Assembly (NCBI GenBank): GCA_951406725.2
Contig: OX597819.1
Coordinates: forward strand, 26,164,001 to 26,228,000
Direction: 5' to 3'
DNA: 64,000 bases
DNA from: Octopus vulgaris
Taxonomy: Eukaryota
Below the pieces are notes generated by a model. It worked only from the letters and a program-made list of their open reading frames with translations. It did not search any database and was not told the origin of the DNA. Position numbers and translations under genes: made by a program. Within the stretch, counting starts at the first letter, position 1; the number at the start of each line of letters is the position of its first letter. Of this stretch, positions 26,306 through 38,864 are shown one piece after another.

Positions 26306-26576
26306 TAGTTAAACAGGACGTCAAACATTGAGGCAAGGCAAATATCTCAAGTCATATACAATATTGTATGAAGAAATTCAAAAGCTTACAGCTGTTTCGG
26401 GGATGTCTCCGAGTATGAGATATTCCATCATCAGAGACAAGCATCGAAATATCTCATACTCGAGGATATCTCAGAAACAGCTGTATGATTTTGAATTTCT
26501 TCCTATAATAATTATGTATATAACTTGTGATATTTGCCATGCCTTAATGTTTGATGTCATTTATAACTATTATATA
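26300..26576. repeat. Foldback of PLE-type terminal repeats
   Basis: GACGTCAAACATTGAGGCAAGGCAAATATC.. mirrors ..GATATTTGCCATGCCTTAATGTTTGATGTC. GAAACAGCTGTA occurs in both arms. Confidence 0.85.
26383..26438 (-). ncRNA. Minimal hammerhead ribozyme motif
   Basis: Reverse strand reads GTCT-CTGATGA-TGGAATATCTC-ATACTCG-GAGACATCCCC-GAAAC-AGCT-GTA-AG. Confidence 0.72.
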
Positions 26577-26712
26577 TCCGCTGCATCATAAATCTGCAAT
26601 GGTTCCATAACTACCGTCTGGACTATAACCTTGGAGTACCAGTAATCCGTTACAGCACTTACCTTGTGTACGTAATCGTTTAGATCACCTGTGAGCTAAA
26701 CCGCCTCACTAT

Positions 26713-26758
<46 letters not shown>

Positions 26759-26796
26759 GTATGAGTAAGTATCTCATTTATTTCTTTTGCCACATG

Positions 26797-26849
26797 TATC
26801 ACTGACGAAGAGAGGGCTCTTAGTAGCTAACTCTGAAATCGGTCCGATA
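26797..26849 (+). ncRNA. Minimal hammerhead ribozyme motif
   Basis: TATCA-CTGACGA-AGAG..CTCT-GAAA-TCG-GTC-CGATA. Confidence 0.7.
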
Positions 26850-27053
26850 TGGTAATAATGGAATTTTTTAGAAATTTCTGTCGACCTTTTTTCGAGTAGC
26901 GTGCGTATTGTGAAAAAATTATATGGTTCATGGACAATATGTCCAATTTTTCGGCATATTTGGCATTAGAATTTTTTTTCTTTGCCCTCAGTTATGAATT
27001 ATATATATATATATATCTGTAAATGTAATATGTGACAATTATTGGGTAGCCAT

Positions 27054-27114
27054 GATAAAACTCCGAGTTTCGGATGCCGAGGTAGAAATCCACGTCGCCA
27101 TCTCTTCAGATATC
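27054..27114 (-). ncRNA. Hammerhead ribozyme motif
   Basis: Reverse strand reads GATAT-CTGAAGA-GATGGCGACGTGGA-TTT-CTACCTCGGCATCC-GAAAC-TCGGAG-TT-TTATC. Confidence 0.65.
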
Positions 27115-27139
27115 CGGCCATCGGAGAAATACTATCTTT

Positions 27140-27240
27140 GGAAAGCTTTCCATCTCATGCGCTTAATCAGGTCTATGATTTTCTCCAAAAGCTTATTAGA
27201 GTATAATTCCCTTGATTATATAGGTATGTTTATCATGCAC
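27140..27240 (-). pseudogene. N-terminus of a Penelope-like ORF
   Basis: NIP..NKLLEKIIDLIKRMRWKAF resembles the PLE N-terminal motif (IKRMRWKA). Lies directly upstream of an HHR on the same strand. Confidence 0.65.
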
Positions 27241-27345
27241 TAATCGCTGTAGTAAGCGTCCATATTGAGTTCCTCTGCGGGCAAAGTCCTCAACCGATAA
27301 GCTGTATTAGCCCTTAGGGAAAAATAGCGGTGTACGGAGGTAACT

Positions 27346-27443
27346 TATTGATAAAAATGGTAAGACAACAAAAGATTGAAAGAGACCACGATATTATGTA
27401 AATAGAGATCTCTTTCATTCTTTTGTTGTCTAACCATTTTTAT

Positions 27444-27448
<5 letters not shown>
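27346..27448. repeat. About 100-bp palindrome (MITE-like)
   Basis: ATTGATAAAAATGGTAAGACAACAAAAGATTGAAAGAGA pairs with TCTCTTTCATTCTTTTGTTGTCTAACCATTTTTATCAAT. Confidence 0.85.
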
Positions 27449-27522
<74 letters not shown>

Positions 27523-27573
27523 AATAAACATTGTGTACAGTACTCAGGTGCACTACAACATGATAATATGATA

Positions 27574-28468
27574 ATAAAGGGTAAAATTAATTAATTAATT
27601 AATTAATTAATTAATTATTAATTAATAATTCCACCAAGTAGTGTTCAGCATGTTAAAAGGACCATTTACGGTAAACTTAAACATTACTTTTTTTATAATT
27701 ATGACTGTAATTATAATTAGGGTTCAGCAAAAAGAAAATTTGCTTTGCCACATACCGAACTTTTAGAAATAGCAGCCAAAGAACTTAGCTATTTCTTCTA
27801 CTATAAGAAGAATCTCCCAGACAACGTATAATCAAAAACAATTCATGTAGGCATAGATGAAAAAATAACGAAAAATCACTCGGCATTTGAATACTTGTCG
27901 ACGCCTTTCTGAGTTAGATAGATATGGAGATGCAAGAATTACATCTTCATTTTACAATTCTCTTCATCAGCACAAAGATTTCAAGATTTTAAATCAGAGA
28001 GCACCGAAAAAATTGAACATACCTATCTGATTCAAGTAACATCAGACAATATATATCAAACATCCAGTACCAACGAATTCAAAATATACGAATGAGGTTT
28101 CGTATTCTCCCTCATCCACCCACGTGTGTTGTCGAGCAACAATTTCCTACAGAAAACACTGTAGTTTATTATCAAGGAAAGAATTATATTATCTATTACA
28201 ATAAAGGGTAAAATTAATTAATTAGTAATTAATAATTCCACCAAGTAGTGTTTAGCATGTTAAAAGGACCATTTACGGTAAAATTAAACATTACCTTTTA
28301 TAATTATGACTATAATTATAATTAGGGTTCGGCGAAAAGAATTTGTTTTGCCACATACCGAACTTTTAGAAATAGCAGCCAAAAAACTTGACTATTTCTT
28401 CTACTATATGAAGAATCTCCCAGACAACGTATACTCAAAAACAATTCAACATCCAGTACCAACGAATC
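27574..28468 (-). repeat. Partial tandem direct repeat of PLE pseudo-LTR type
   Basis: 27574-27845 is repeated at 28201-28448, and 28060-28078 at 28449-28468. An HHR lies in the segment missing from copy 2. Confidence 0.8.
27894..27976 (-). ncRNA. Minimal hammerhead ribozyme motif
   Basis: Reverse strand reads TTTGTG-CTGATGA-AGAG..CTCA-GAAA-GGC-GTC-GACAAG. Confidence 0.65.
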
Positions 28469-28523
28469 CAAAATAATACTTATAAAAAGTAATGTTATAT
28501 ATATATATTATACGATAGTGTAA

Positions 28524-28608
28524 AATTATACACACAAGGAACTTACACTTAGGGTGAAGATTCAGCACATTCTTTACCATAATTGTAGGTTCCTTGTGTG
28601 TATAATTA
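28524..28608. repeat. Short palindrome
   Basis: AATTATACACACAAGGAAC pairs with GTTCCTTGTGTGTATAATT. Confidence 0.8.
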
Positions 28609-29972
28609 ATATATAGTATTTTTGAGAAATTTTAACATACATATAATTAATATATAGTCTTTTTGACATACGTGTAATTAATATATAGTCTTTTTGACAA
28701 ATTTTTTTCACGTTAGACCACTGGAAATGTATATTTTAAATTTATTTAAATTCCATTTCCCTTTTGATATGATTAAGCATTATATGATTAAGCATTATAT
28801 ATATATATATATATATATATACAAATATATATGTGCATGTTTCCATATACATACAAATATACATACGTACATACATGCATAAATACATACGTACTCATCA
28901 CGTGCACAGATATATTAAACATATACATAGTTACTCACACACATGCATTCCTTTCCACATCTAAAATATATAACTTGTTATTCATTGTTGGAGAAATCCC
29001 GAAACTAATTTAGATAAGCAACAATTAGTTTATTTCTATAATAATTGTATTTTGTAACTATGTTAATTCTATTGTTTGTGGGTTGAACTTACAACGTCTA
29101 TGTGAATTCCTTGTATACTAATTATGCAATAATCATACAATTGTATAATTCATGATATTTTTATGAGGGTTTTTTCTTGACATTCAATCTGCTATAACTA
29201 TATTTCTAATTCTGGAGTAATTAGGAAACACCAGAATTCCCGTTTTTATCGTACCACCTATTAGAAATAACAAAGAAAAATGTTCTATTAATCAAATCCA
29301 AGCATCTAGAAAACAAATTAGTAACCATCAAGATTATGACTAGGTATGCTAGAATGGAAAAGTCCCAATGATGATGAACGATGTTTATGTTCATTAATGT
29401 AAAGTACAAAATAGAGACACGAATATTCTTATTTCATTAGCCTAACTCTCAAAGAAAACTTAAGGATTCTGGATACAAAAATGACTAACGGAATAGGTTC
29501 ATCTTTGTATTCTCTTTTTTTTTCCTGCTAGTTACTGTTCTCTGGTGTAGTTATTTATACGCTGTCTTTAAAATGACGGATTGGAAACACTTGGAATAAC
29601 TTTGATCATAGGCCGCACGAACACGGGTCTACCAACAACTTTGGGTTGTTACACTGAATGAAATGAAGAGATGATCTGACGAAACAAAGTCCTGAGGAGG
29701 TGTAGCCTTTTACGCCTTGGATATATGATAATGATCACACAACATCTCACCAATGTGTAAAGATGTGTCGAAACAATTGTAGGGATTTTAAATATAGCAT
29801 GTCGTTCATTCCATTTTCTATAAGTTATCCATTGATATCAGCTCAACGGATACTACGATATTCCTTACGTATATCCAGTAATAGGCGCATTTCCATTGTA
29901 TGATGACATCAGGTAGCCAATAGCTGCGAAAGAGCTTTGCATAGCATTCTACATATTGTTTTACTCGAATCT

Positions 29973-30006
<34 letters not shown>

Positions 30007-30046
30007 CATACATACATACATACATACATACAGGGAGTAATAAACT

Positions 30047-31160
30047 GTCGACAACCGAAGAGGAGTTTTGTTCCTTACTTGTCTCTCGTTACGTATTTTT
30101 CCTAAAATGTACAGGTAATGTCCTGTACCTATTGTATGTTTTTTTGTACTTTTCCCTGTACTTATCTCTCGTGTGTTTACGTATTTTACACTTGATGGTG
30201 AAGTCTTGTACTTGATGTGTATTTTTTATTTATTTATAATCGAACGCCACGCAGCCTTGTCCACAGTAAGTCCTTACCTTTATATATAATTTCTGAGACT
30301 ACACGGTCTGTTTTCTTTCCTTCTCTCTATCTTTCTATAATCCTTTTTATTTTCCGTTTCTCCCCTCCTTCTTCGCTGTCTCCTGCCTTCCTTCCACTCC
30401 CTACTATATTTCGTTCCTTCTCCCTTTTCCTCATTGCCTTTGTGTCTTTCCATCATCCTCTCTGTTGTGCCCCTACCTCTCTGTCTCATTATCATACGTG
30501 GCTACAGATCATTTTTCTCTCGTCTCTGCCTTTTCTGGACCCGATGTCATATCTCTAGTCATAACTAGACGTCATATCTCTTGCTTCCTGACATTTTTCT
30601 TTTCTACTATTTCTTCCCTTCTATTTATTCAATATCTTTTTTAAATTTCTCCCAGGCGTTAGGCGTTACCCATTACAATTCACTCATATATATACTTATA
30701 GGATCTTTTCGGTTTGAACGGTAGTTTTTTCTAGCGGTGTCATATGAAATTGTCACCCATAATTATGACCTCAGTATCGATCTATTACATTTCAATCTCT
30801 ATTAGGGTTAGCAATGGTTGTGGTTATGGTTAAGGGTGGAGGAAGGGTATCTTTTTTTCTTCACAATTAGTAACTCTGTACGTCCACTCTATCATTGTTT
30901 GTTCGTTCGAAGCCTTAACTCTCCACAAATTTTATATTCTAAAAATTTCTAGATGCTGCTGTCTTATGAATTTTTACTATTTTGTTGTTTAATGCTCGAA
31001 ACAGAAGTAATGATCGGTCGACAACTGAGGAGGTGTTAGACTTCTTACTGTATTTTGTCCCGTACTTGTCTTTCGTTATGTGCTGACGTATTTTTCATTC
31101 GTTGGTGATGTTCTGTACCTATTGTGTATTTTTTGTTATTTGTCCGGTATATATACCTCG
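30047..31160 (+). repeat. Two diverged direct copies of a roughly 130-bp repeat (30047-30180 and 31017-31160)
   Basis: Both contain GTCGACAAC.GA.GAGG..TACTTGTCT.TCGTTA..CTGTACCTATTGT. Confidence 0.65.
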
Positions 31161-31320
31161 TGTATATATATATATATATATATGCATGTATGTATGTATG
31201 TATGTATATATATATATATATGTATGTATGTATGTATGTATATATATATATATATATGTATGTATATATATATGTATCTGTATGTATATGTATGTATATA
31301 TATATGTATATGTATATATG

Positions 31321-31355
<35 letters not shown>

Positions 31356-31753
31356 GATATATGTATGTATGTATATATATGTATGTATATATGTATGTAT
31401 GTATATATATGTATGTATATATGTATGTATATATGTATATATATATATATGTATGTATGTATATATATGTATGTATGTATATATATGTATATATGTGTAT
31501 ATATATGTATGTATGTATATATATGTATATATGTGTATATATATGTATGTATATATATATATATATGTGTGTATATATATGTATATATATATATATATAT
31601 GTATGTATATATATATGTATATGTATATATATATATGTATATATATATGTATGTATATATATATATGTATATGTATATATATATGTATATATATGTATAT
31701 ATATATGTATGTATGTATATATGTATGTATGTATTTATATATATATATGTATG

Positions 31754-31784
<31 letters not shown>

Positions 31785-31789
31785 GTACT

Positions 31790-31840
<51 letters not shown>

Positions 31841-31856
31841 GTATATATAAAATGTA

Positions 31857-31887
<31 letters not shown>

Positions 31888-31892
31888 TTTTA

Positions 31893-31932
31893 AAGAAATT
31901 ACCCGTTTCGCGTGTAGCTTTTCAAATTTCTT
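31893..31932 (-). ncRNA. Minimal hammerhead motif, U3:A8 core variant
   Basis: Reverse strand reads AAGAAAT-TTGAAAA-GC-TACAC-GC-GAAA-CGGG-TA-ATTTCTT, with a 7-bp stem I. Confidence 0.65.
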
Positions 31933-32091
31933 GTGACGTTATGTTTATATTGCATGGACTTATCGTTGTTTTTATTTCCAGTGGAGATTTCTAAATAAGG
32001 GAGGTAGTGAGTGATTTCTTCCGGTGTAAGGGAGATAATCGCTTAAAAATAAAAACAACGATAACTCCATGCAATATAAACATAACGTCAC

Positions 32092-32131
32092 AAGAAATTT
32101 GAAAAGCTACACGCAAAACCGGTAATTTCTT
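32092..32131 (+). ncRNA. Minimal hammerhead motif, U3:A8 variant with G12A mutation
   Basis: AAGAAAT-TTGAAAA-GC-TACAC-GC-AAAA-CCGG-TA-ATTTCTT. Confidence 0.55.
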
Positions 32132-32362
32132 TAAAAATTTTAAAATTATGTCATCTTAAGGAAAGGAAAAAATTTTTCCAATATTCTCCAGACATTTTGA
32201 CACAAATATATATTTTTTTTAATATTTAAGCCTTCTGTCGTTTTTTCACAATTTACTATTTTCTTATATATTCACCCACGTGCTTTACCAAACAAACTTT
32301 CTTATCTATAAATATATATATATATATTTATATATGTATGTATATATATATATATATATATG

Positions 32363-32419
<57 letters not shown>

Positions 32420-32457
32420 ATATATATATATGTATGTATATATATATATATGTATGT

Positions 32458-32498
<41 letters not shown>

Positions 32499-33537
32499 TA
32501 TATATTTTTTTATTTATTATATAGAAGGAGCTTCTACAGGACTAGAACTGTTTCATTCAAGAGAAATCTTCAGGAAGCTAGTAAACAAGAATTGTATTGG
32601 CATTTATACATTTAGGCAGGTTTAAAGGGCTGGTGGAGGGGGACTTTTTGGGGGTAGGCATAGCGCAAACATATCATACTTGGGGGAGTGGTCAAGGAGT
32701 CAGTGGTAAATTAGATAAAAGAATAAATAAAAGAATAAAAAATATATAGAAGAATAGAGTTTTAGGTAAATAAGGAGATTCTCACTTATACCTATACACA
32801 TATGTATACATATATATATACACACACACACATATATATACATACACACATACATACACACACACACATATATACATACACATATATATACATACATACA
32901 TCTACACATATATATATATAAAAATATATATATATATACATATTCACACACACATGTATATACATATTCACACACACATGTATATATACACACACGACAA
33001 CACATACATATACACACAAAAAAACATATACATACACACACATACACATACACACATACACACACATATCCACATACACACATGCACACAACACACAAGT
33101 CCCTATATACACATATATACATATACACATACATACACATATATATACATATATATATATATATATACATATGTGTACCTATACATACCTACACATACAC
33201 ACATATATATACATACAAATACAAACCCATTCCCTAATTTTAATTTTATTATCTTCATTTATTACTTTTGTTATCTTTGACCGCTGGTCACAAGCATCTT
33301 GGCTACGGCAGCAAGTCCATTTATCTTTCTACTTGAACACAAGCACTCACTCACGCACGCACACTCATTAGCACGCACACTCACTCATTCGCACACTCAT
33401 ACACATACACGCACGTACGCGTTATATTCATACATACATACATCTACATACATTCACATATATACACATACGTACGCGTACCTACAGATTCATGTCTACA
33501 CGCTTAGAAGACTAGTCTATTATACACCTACATACAA

Positions 33538-33584
<47 letters not shown>

Positions 33585-33711
33585 TATATACGTATATATA
33601 CATACATACATACACCCATACATACATACATATATACACATACACACACCCACACGTATACATATACATACATATACGCGCATGCATACACACACACATA
33701 CACATATATAT

Positions 33712-33764
<53 letters not shown>

Positions 33765-34347
33765 TACATATACATACATATACATATATATACACACACA
33801 TACATACACATATACACATACACACACATACACATATACATGCGTACCCATACACACACACACACACGCGCATCCATATATACACATAAGTACACACATG
33901 CGTAAAAAGTATACATATATCTATACATATGCTTACACATACACACACACACGCGCGCCTCCTTATGTTCATACTTACATGCATACTCAAAAAATAAATA
34001 ATAAAATATATAATAAAATATATATACGTGCAGTTATTCATATACATACATGCATACTCAAAGAATAAATAATAAATATTAAGTATATATACGTGCAGTT
34101 ACCTATTATACAGACGGATACATACATATAAACTTACACACATATATATATATCTATACATATATATACACAAATACATACCTACACACATGTACATATA
34201 CATACACACATATATAACTCTACGTACCTACATATACATAAACACACGAGCGTACACGTATATGTATATATACACATACACATACACACACATATACATA
34301 CATACATATACATACACACACATATACATATATATATATACATATAC

Positions 34348-34404
<57 letters not shown>

Positions 34405-34475
34405 TATACACACATACACACACACATATACATACATATGCATACACACACATACACATACACACATATATACAC

Positions 34476-34526
<51 letters not shown>

Positions 34527-34635
34527 TATATATACATACACATATATATACATACACATACATATACATATACACACATACACACACACACAAATACATA
34601 TATACATACACACACACATACATATACATACACAC

Positions 34636-34677
<42 letters not shown>

Positions 34678-34805
34678 GTGTGCAAACATACATACATACT
34701 CATACACACATACACACTTACATATACATATATACACACACTTACACACATATATATATATATACATATATATACATATATCCACATATACACATATGTA
34801 CACAT

Positions 34806-34852
<47 letters not shown>

Positions 34853-34970
34853 CATATATATATACACATATACACATATATATACATATACATACATATA
34901 TATATATACCCGCACCTACACATGCACACATATATACATATATACATACATATACACACATACACACACA

Positions 34971-35070
34971 NNNNNNNNNNNNNNNNNNNNNNNNNNNNNN
35001 NNNNNNNNNNNNNNNNNNNNNNNNNNNNNNNNNNNNNNNNNNNNNNNNNNNNNNNNNNNNNNNNNNNNNN
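34971..35070. other. Assembly gap (100 N)
   Basis: Run of n characters. Confidence 1.
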
Positions 35071-36462
35071 TTACGTGTATATTTCTGCATAAATACTTCT
35101 TAAATAGTAGAAAATATCTCAAACACTTCTCTCTTCTCATGAAAATAAAATCCCTCATGCTTAATACTGTATATACAGTTCTTTGTGTATACACTCGAGC
35201 TTGCTTTCCATTGTTCTATTACTTTACTGCCATTCTACAATTACATTAAATATCCAACTACACCTCGTTTAGCCTTTATTTTTACGTGTTTTATGGTTTC
35301 TTACTTTGGAAATATTATTTAACTATACAATCTTACTGTGTAATTCGGCCTTCTCTACCACGGTTTTACTATACGAGCTAGCAGAATAGATATGGATCGG
35401 ACCAAAAACCTCAGCGGTATTTCGTCCATCTTTACTTTTTGGGTTAAATTTCCGGTGGCGTCGATTTTGCGCTCCATCGATGAAATAACTACCATTTGAA
35501 CACTATCGCTGATACGATCGACTTTACCCTCCCACTAAAACTTCTGGCATTTTTCCTATAGTAGAAAGGAACGATACTATTATAAATTGCATTATCCGAC
35601 CATTACTATTATTCTTGATGCCGGTATAAACATATCTCTCTTTCAAATTTTTTCTCGAAGAATAAAAAAAAAAAAAAAAAAGGAAATCATAAAAGAAGCG
35701 AAGTTATCTCCTCTCCAATTCGCAATCTTTTGAAAACAATCAAAAGCAATCTACATTTTATTTTCTGTTATCTCAAGTAAGGAAAATTTACTTTCCCTAG
35801 TATCCTCTGATAAATAAGCTATGAGATCCTTTTCTTCATATTCAAAGTATTCTTCCCTTCCTCTCTCTCTCTCTCTCTCTGTCATTCTCACAATTTCTTC
35901 CCCATTCTTATTCCACTTTACATTCAAGATACATTTTTTAGTTTCATTTTTCTCTTGTTTCTCCTTTCTTCATTCTTTACATATAAAGACTAAATTTCAC
36001 ACCGATCACTCTCTCTCTCTCTCTCTCTCTCTCTTCCTCTTTCTCCCTCTGTATACATACACACACACACACACACACATATGTATGTATGCGTGTGTGT
36101 GTGTGTGTGTGTGTATGAATGTGTGTATACTGATTTATCTGTGTGTCTGTAGGTTATTGTTTTCTGCTTACCTGTAAACACCAAATGTCTTTTCGAACAA
36201 CTTAATCCGGCGTCTTTATTTGAAATCCAACTTTTACAAAATGCCCTTATATAGAAACCTAAGAGATGCTCCGCCCTGAATATATGTCATTTTTGAATCT
36301 GTCAAAAAACTATATGCCTGCTCGCACGCTCACACGCACTCACGCAAACACACACGCACACACAAACAAACACGCACACATACGCACACGCATACACACG
36401 CTCTCTCTCTCTCACACACACATGTACATACGTGCGCGAGCACTCCCATATATCTGCAGATA

Positions 36463-36505
<43 letters not shown>

Positions 36506-37414
36506 ATACCTATAAGCATACACATATGTTTACATACTTTTCGTATAAAATTTATATTAATATACAATCATATATGCATGTGCCTATAATTATGTATATA
36601 TCTACTTGTTATATTTTTGTGTATATAAGATTCACATAATAGATTGCGAGAAATATAAGTCATTAGTTATCTATTGTGGAACAATGAAGGAGACGACGAT
36701 TATAGATGGCCAATTATGAAATGATAAAAGAAACCCGTGGATACTTTCGATTGTACCAGTTTGAAGGAGTATCATGCTGCGATTATCGAAATGTTCTCTA
36801 ACCAAATCCAGCTGCTACATTCTCACTTCTGGGTAGACAGGTTACTTAATTAGTGTTTTATTATTTGAAATAATTTCCTAATTTAATTATTGAGAGTTTT
36901 TTTTTAATGATCATATCTATGTGCTTCTCAGTGCAAGTAGCTCCAGTCACAGCTGAATCCGCTTTTCTTTTAGGTTTGTTCAATCTGCGTCAACTTGAGG
37001 CTAAATATTAATATTAGTGGTATATGCAGTCAGAGAGTTTGGGATTTGTCTTTCTTATAAAGGTATCATATTATCGGTGAATTGGCGAAGACGCTGGAGC
37101 GTCCTATCGAATGCCTCTTGGTAATGTTTTCGACTCTCTGCCCTTTGTTTAAAATCCTACCAAGATTAACTTCGCTTCTCATTTTCAAGGAGAATATAAG
37201 AAAGTAATAACACAATATAGTGTATTGGTGGAATGTATGGACGTTTGCATGGATATCTAGCAGTATTTCGTACAGATCTTCGCATTTTGAGTTCAGATCC
37301 CATTATAACCTGCTCGGTGTTATAGAGGTCGGAGGTCGTGGCTTCGCTCCTTGTTAAAGACAGAAATCTAAGCTCGTATAAACAGGGAACCTCAGCTCGT
37401 ATCGCAGCGACAAA

Positions 37415-37780
37415 TATTATTTGTATGCAAGAGAATGCTAATTTAGTTAACAGGTACTTTATCTTGAGGTTTGGTGACAACACGTCTCCTCACATCCCAA
37501 AAAGCTTCCTTACGATCCTTGTACAGTATAGGGTGGTAGTTTGCAGGTCGACAATGCAACGTTCAATTCAAATCTCTTTCAATTTTCTTTTAGGTAGAAT
37601 TTTGGATGTTGTTCCAAGTGCACTAATTACTACAAGAATAATTGTTGTCTTTTTCTTACTGTCTCCCCAGTTCTCTGGCTAGATCCTGATATTTCTCAGA
37701 TTTTTCAAATTGGTAGCGACTCTGTTAGCAGACGGAATTTTTTAAAATATATAATTTTACACTGTTCTTTTTTTTATTTT
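37415..37780 (-). pseudogene. Dong/R4-type LINE restriction-like endonuclease C-terminus and 3' UTR
   Basis: EKSEKYQDLARELGR..TTIILVVISALGTT..IVDLQ..RIVRKLL. Confidence 0.8.
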
Positions 37781-37804
37781 GTCCTCTTTAATCATAACCG
37801 GTCT

Positions 37805-38550
37805 TCTTGCTGGCAGAATCATTAGCATGCCAGGCAAAATGCTTAGCGGCATTTGGTCCGTATTTAGGTTCTGGGTTCAAATTTTCCTGAGGTTAGCTTT
37901 GCCTTTCATCTTTTCGGGGTCGGAATATTAAGCACCAGTTAAGTACTAGGATCGATGTAATTGACTTAACCAACCCCCACTAAAATGTGGGATAAGAAAT
38001 TTGTCGTTATTGTTGTTTATAGATAGAATTCTTGAGCGTCGGAAAAATTCATGAAAACCTACTTTGTTTTTAAATACTGAGTTCAACTGCCCTCTCTTCG
38101 TGAGTTCAGCTGTGCCTGTCATCTTTTCGGGATCAATTAAATAAAGTAGTAGTGAATTACTTTACTAATGTTATCGACTGACACTATTCCCTCTAAAGTG
38201 CTGATCTTACGCTGAAATTAGAAGCAGTTATTATTGTAATAGAGGATGAAAGATTCATTGAATGTAGAAAGCGTCGGAAATTGAGTCGTGTTACTCATTT
38301 CGGTTCTTCACATTCTTAGTTTGAAACCCCACCGAGATTTGATTTGCGTTGCATCATTCTAGAGTCTACAAAATGAAGTACAATTCAAAAACTGGATTTG
38401 GTTTAATCAGCCAAACTCTAAAATTAATTGCCTCGTATCTATGTTAGATATCATATATTAAAAATTTAGGGACTGGCGGAATCATTTGAGCGTCTGAAAA
38501 ATTCTTCGAGATATCGGTTTTAAGTTCAGAATCTGTTCCCCTGGGGTCAA
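37805..38550 (+). mobile_element. Cluster of about four head-to-tail old Meta-domain SINEs
   Basis: Repeated heads (GGCAGAATCATTAGCATGCC, GAGCGTCGGAAA) and GCCT.TCATCTTTTCGGG domains. Confidence 0.7.
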
Positions 38551-38665
38551 ATGTCCAGAATCAAGCCTCTATTTGAATCAACTATTATACATGAAATAAA
38601 GCTGAGGAATGGTTAAAACTAAGTGAATGTATTTGGTGAGATCGTTCAGGTTCAGCATGGGTCAC

Positions 38666-38697
<32 letters not shown>

Positions 38698-38864
38698 CTT
38701 CTTCTGCTTCTTCTTTTTCTTTTTTCTTCTTTTTCTTTTTTCTTCTTTTTCTTTTTCTTCTTTTTCTTCTTCTTTTTCTTCTTTTTCTTCTTCTTTATTA
38801 ATAAAACTATACTACTGATACAAATACTAGCACCACCACCTAATAATAATGATGATAATAATTA

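Larger units (their letters stand above)
31888..32136. repeat. Foldback with about 90-bp arms, each carrying a U3:A8 hammerhead variant
   Basis: 31888-31977 is the reverse complement of 32047-32136. Confidence 0.9.
31160..34970. repeat. Long degenerate (TA/TG/CA)n microsatellite region
   Basis: Alternating purine-pyrimidine tracts with short unique interruptions. Similar tracts at 40440-40760, 41850-42170 and 45890-46320. Confidence 0.95.

Noticed and set aside
29690-29790. Complete hammerhead ending in GAAAC-AATT-GTA
   Set aside because: Only the 3' half and stem II are recognisable and the core has decayed, so it is counted as a relic.
30801-30840. Interstitial telomere
   Set aside because: Only one or two TTAGGG-like units inside a degenerate repeat.
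31080-35249. Long ORFs of 100-300 aa rich in Y, I, C, V, M, H and T
   Set aside because: They are translations of (TA/TG/CA)n microsatellites that lack stop codons. The same applies at 10, 16, 40.4, 41.9, 46 and 61 kb.
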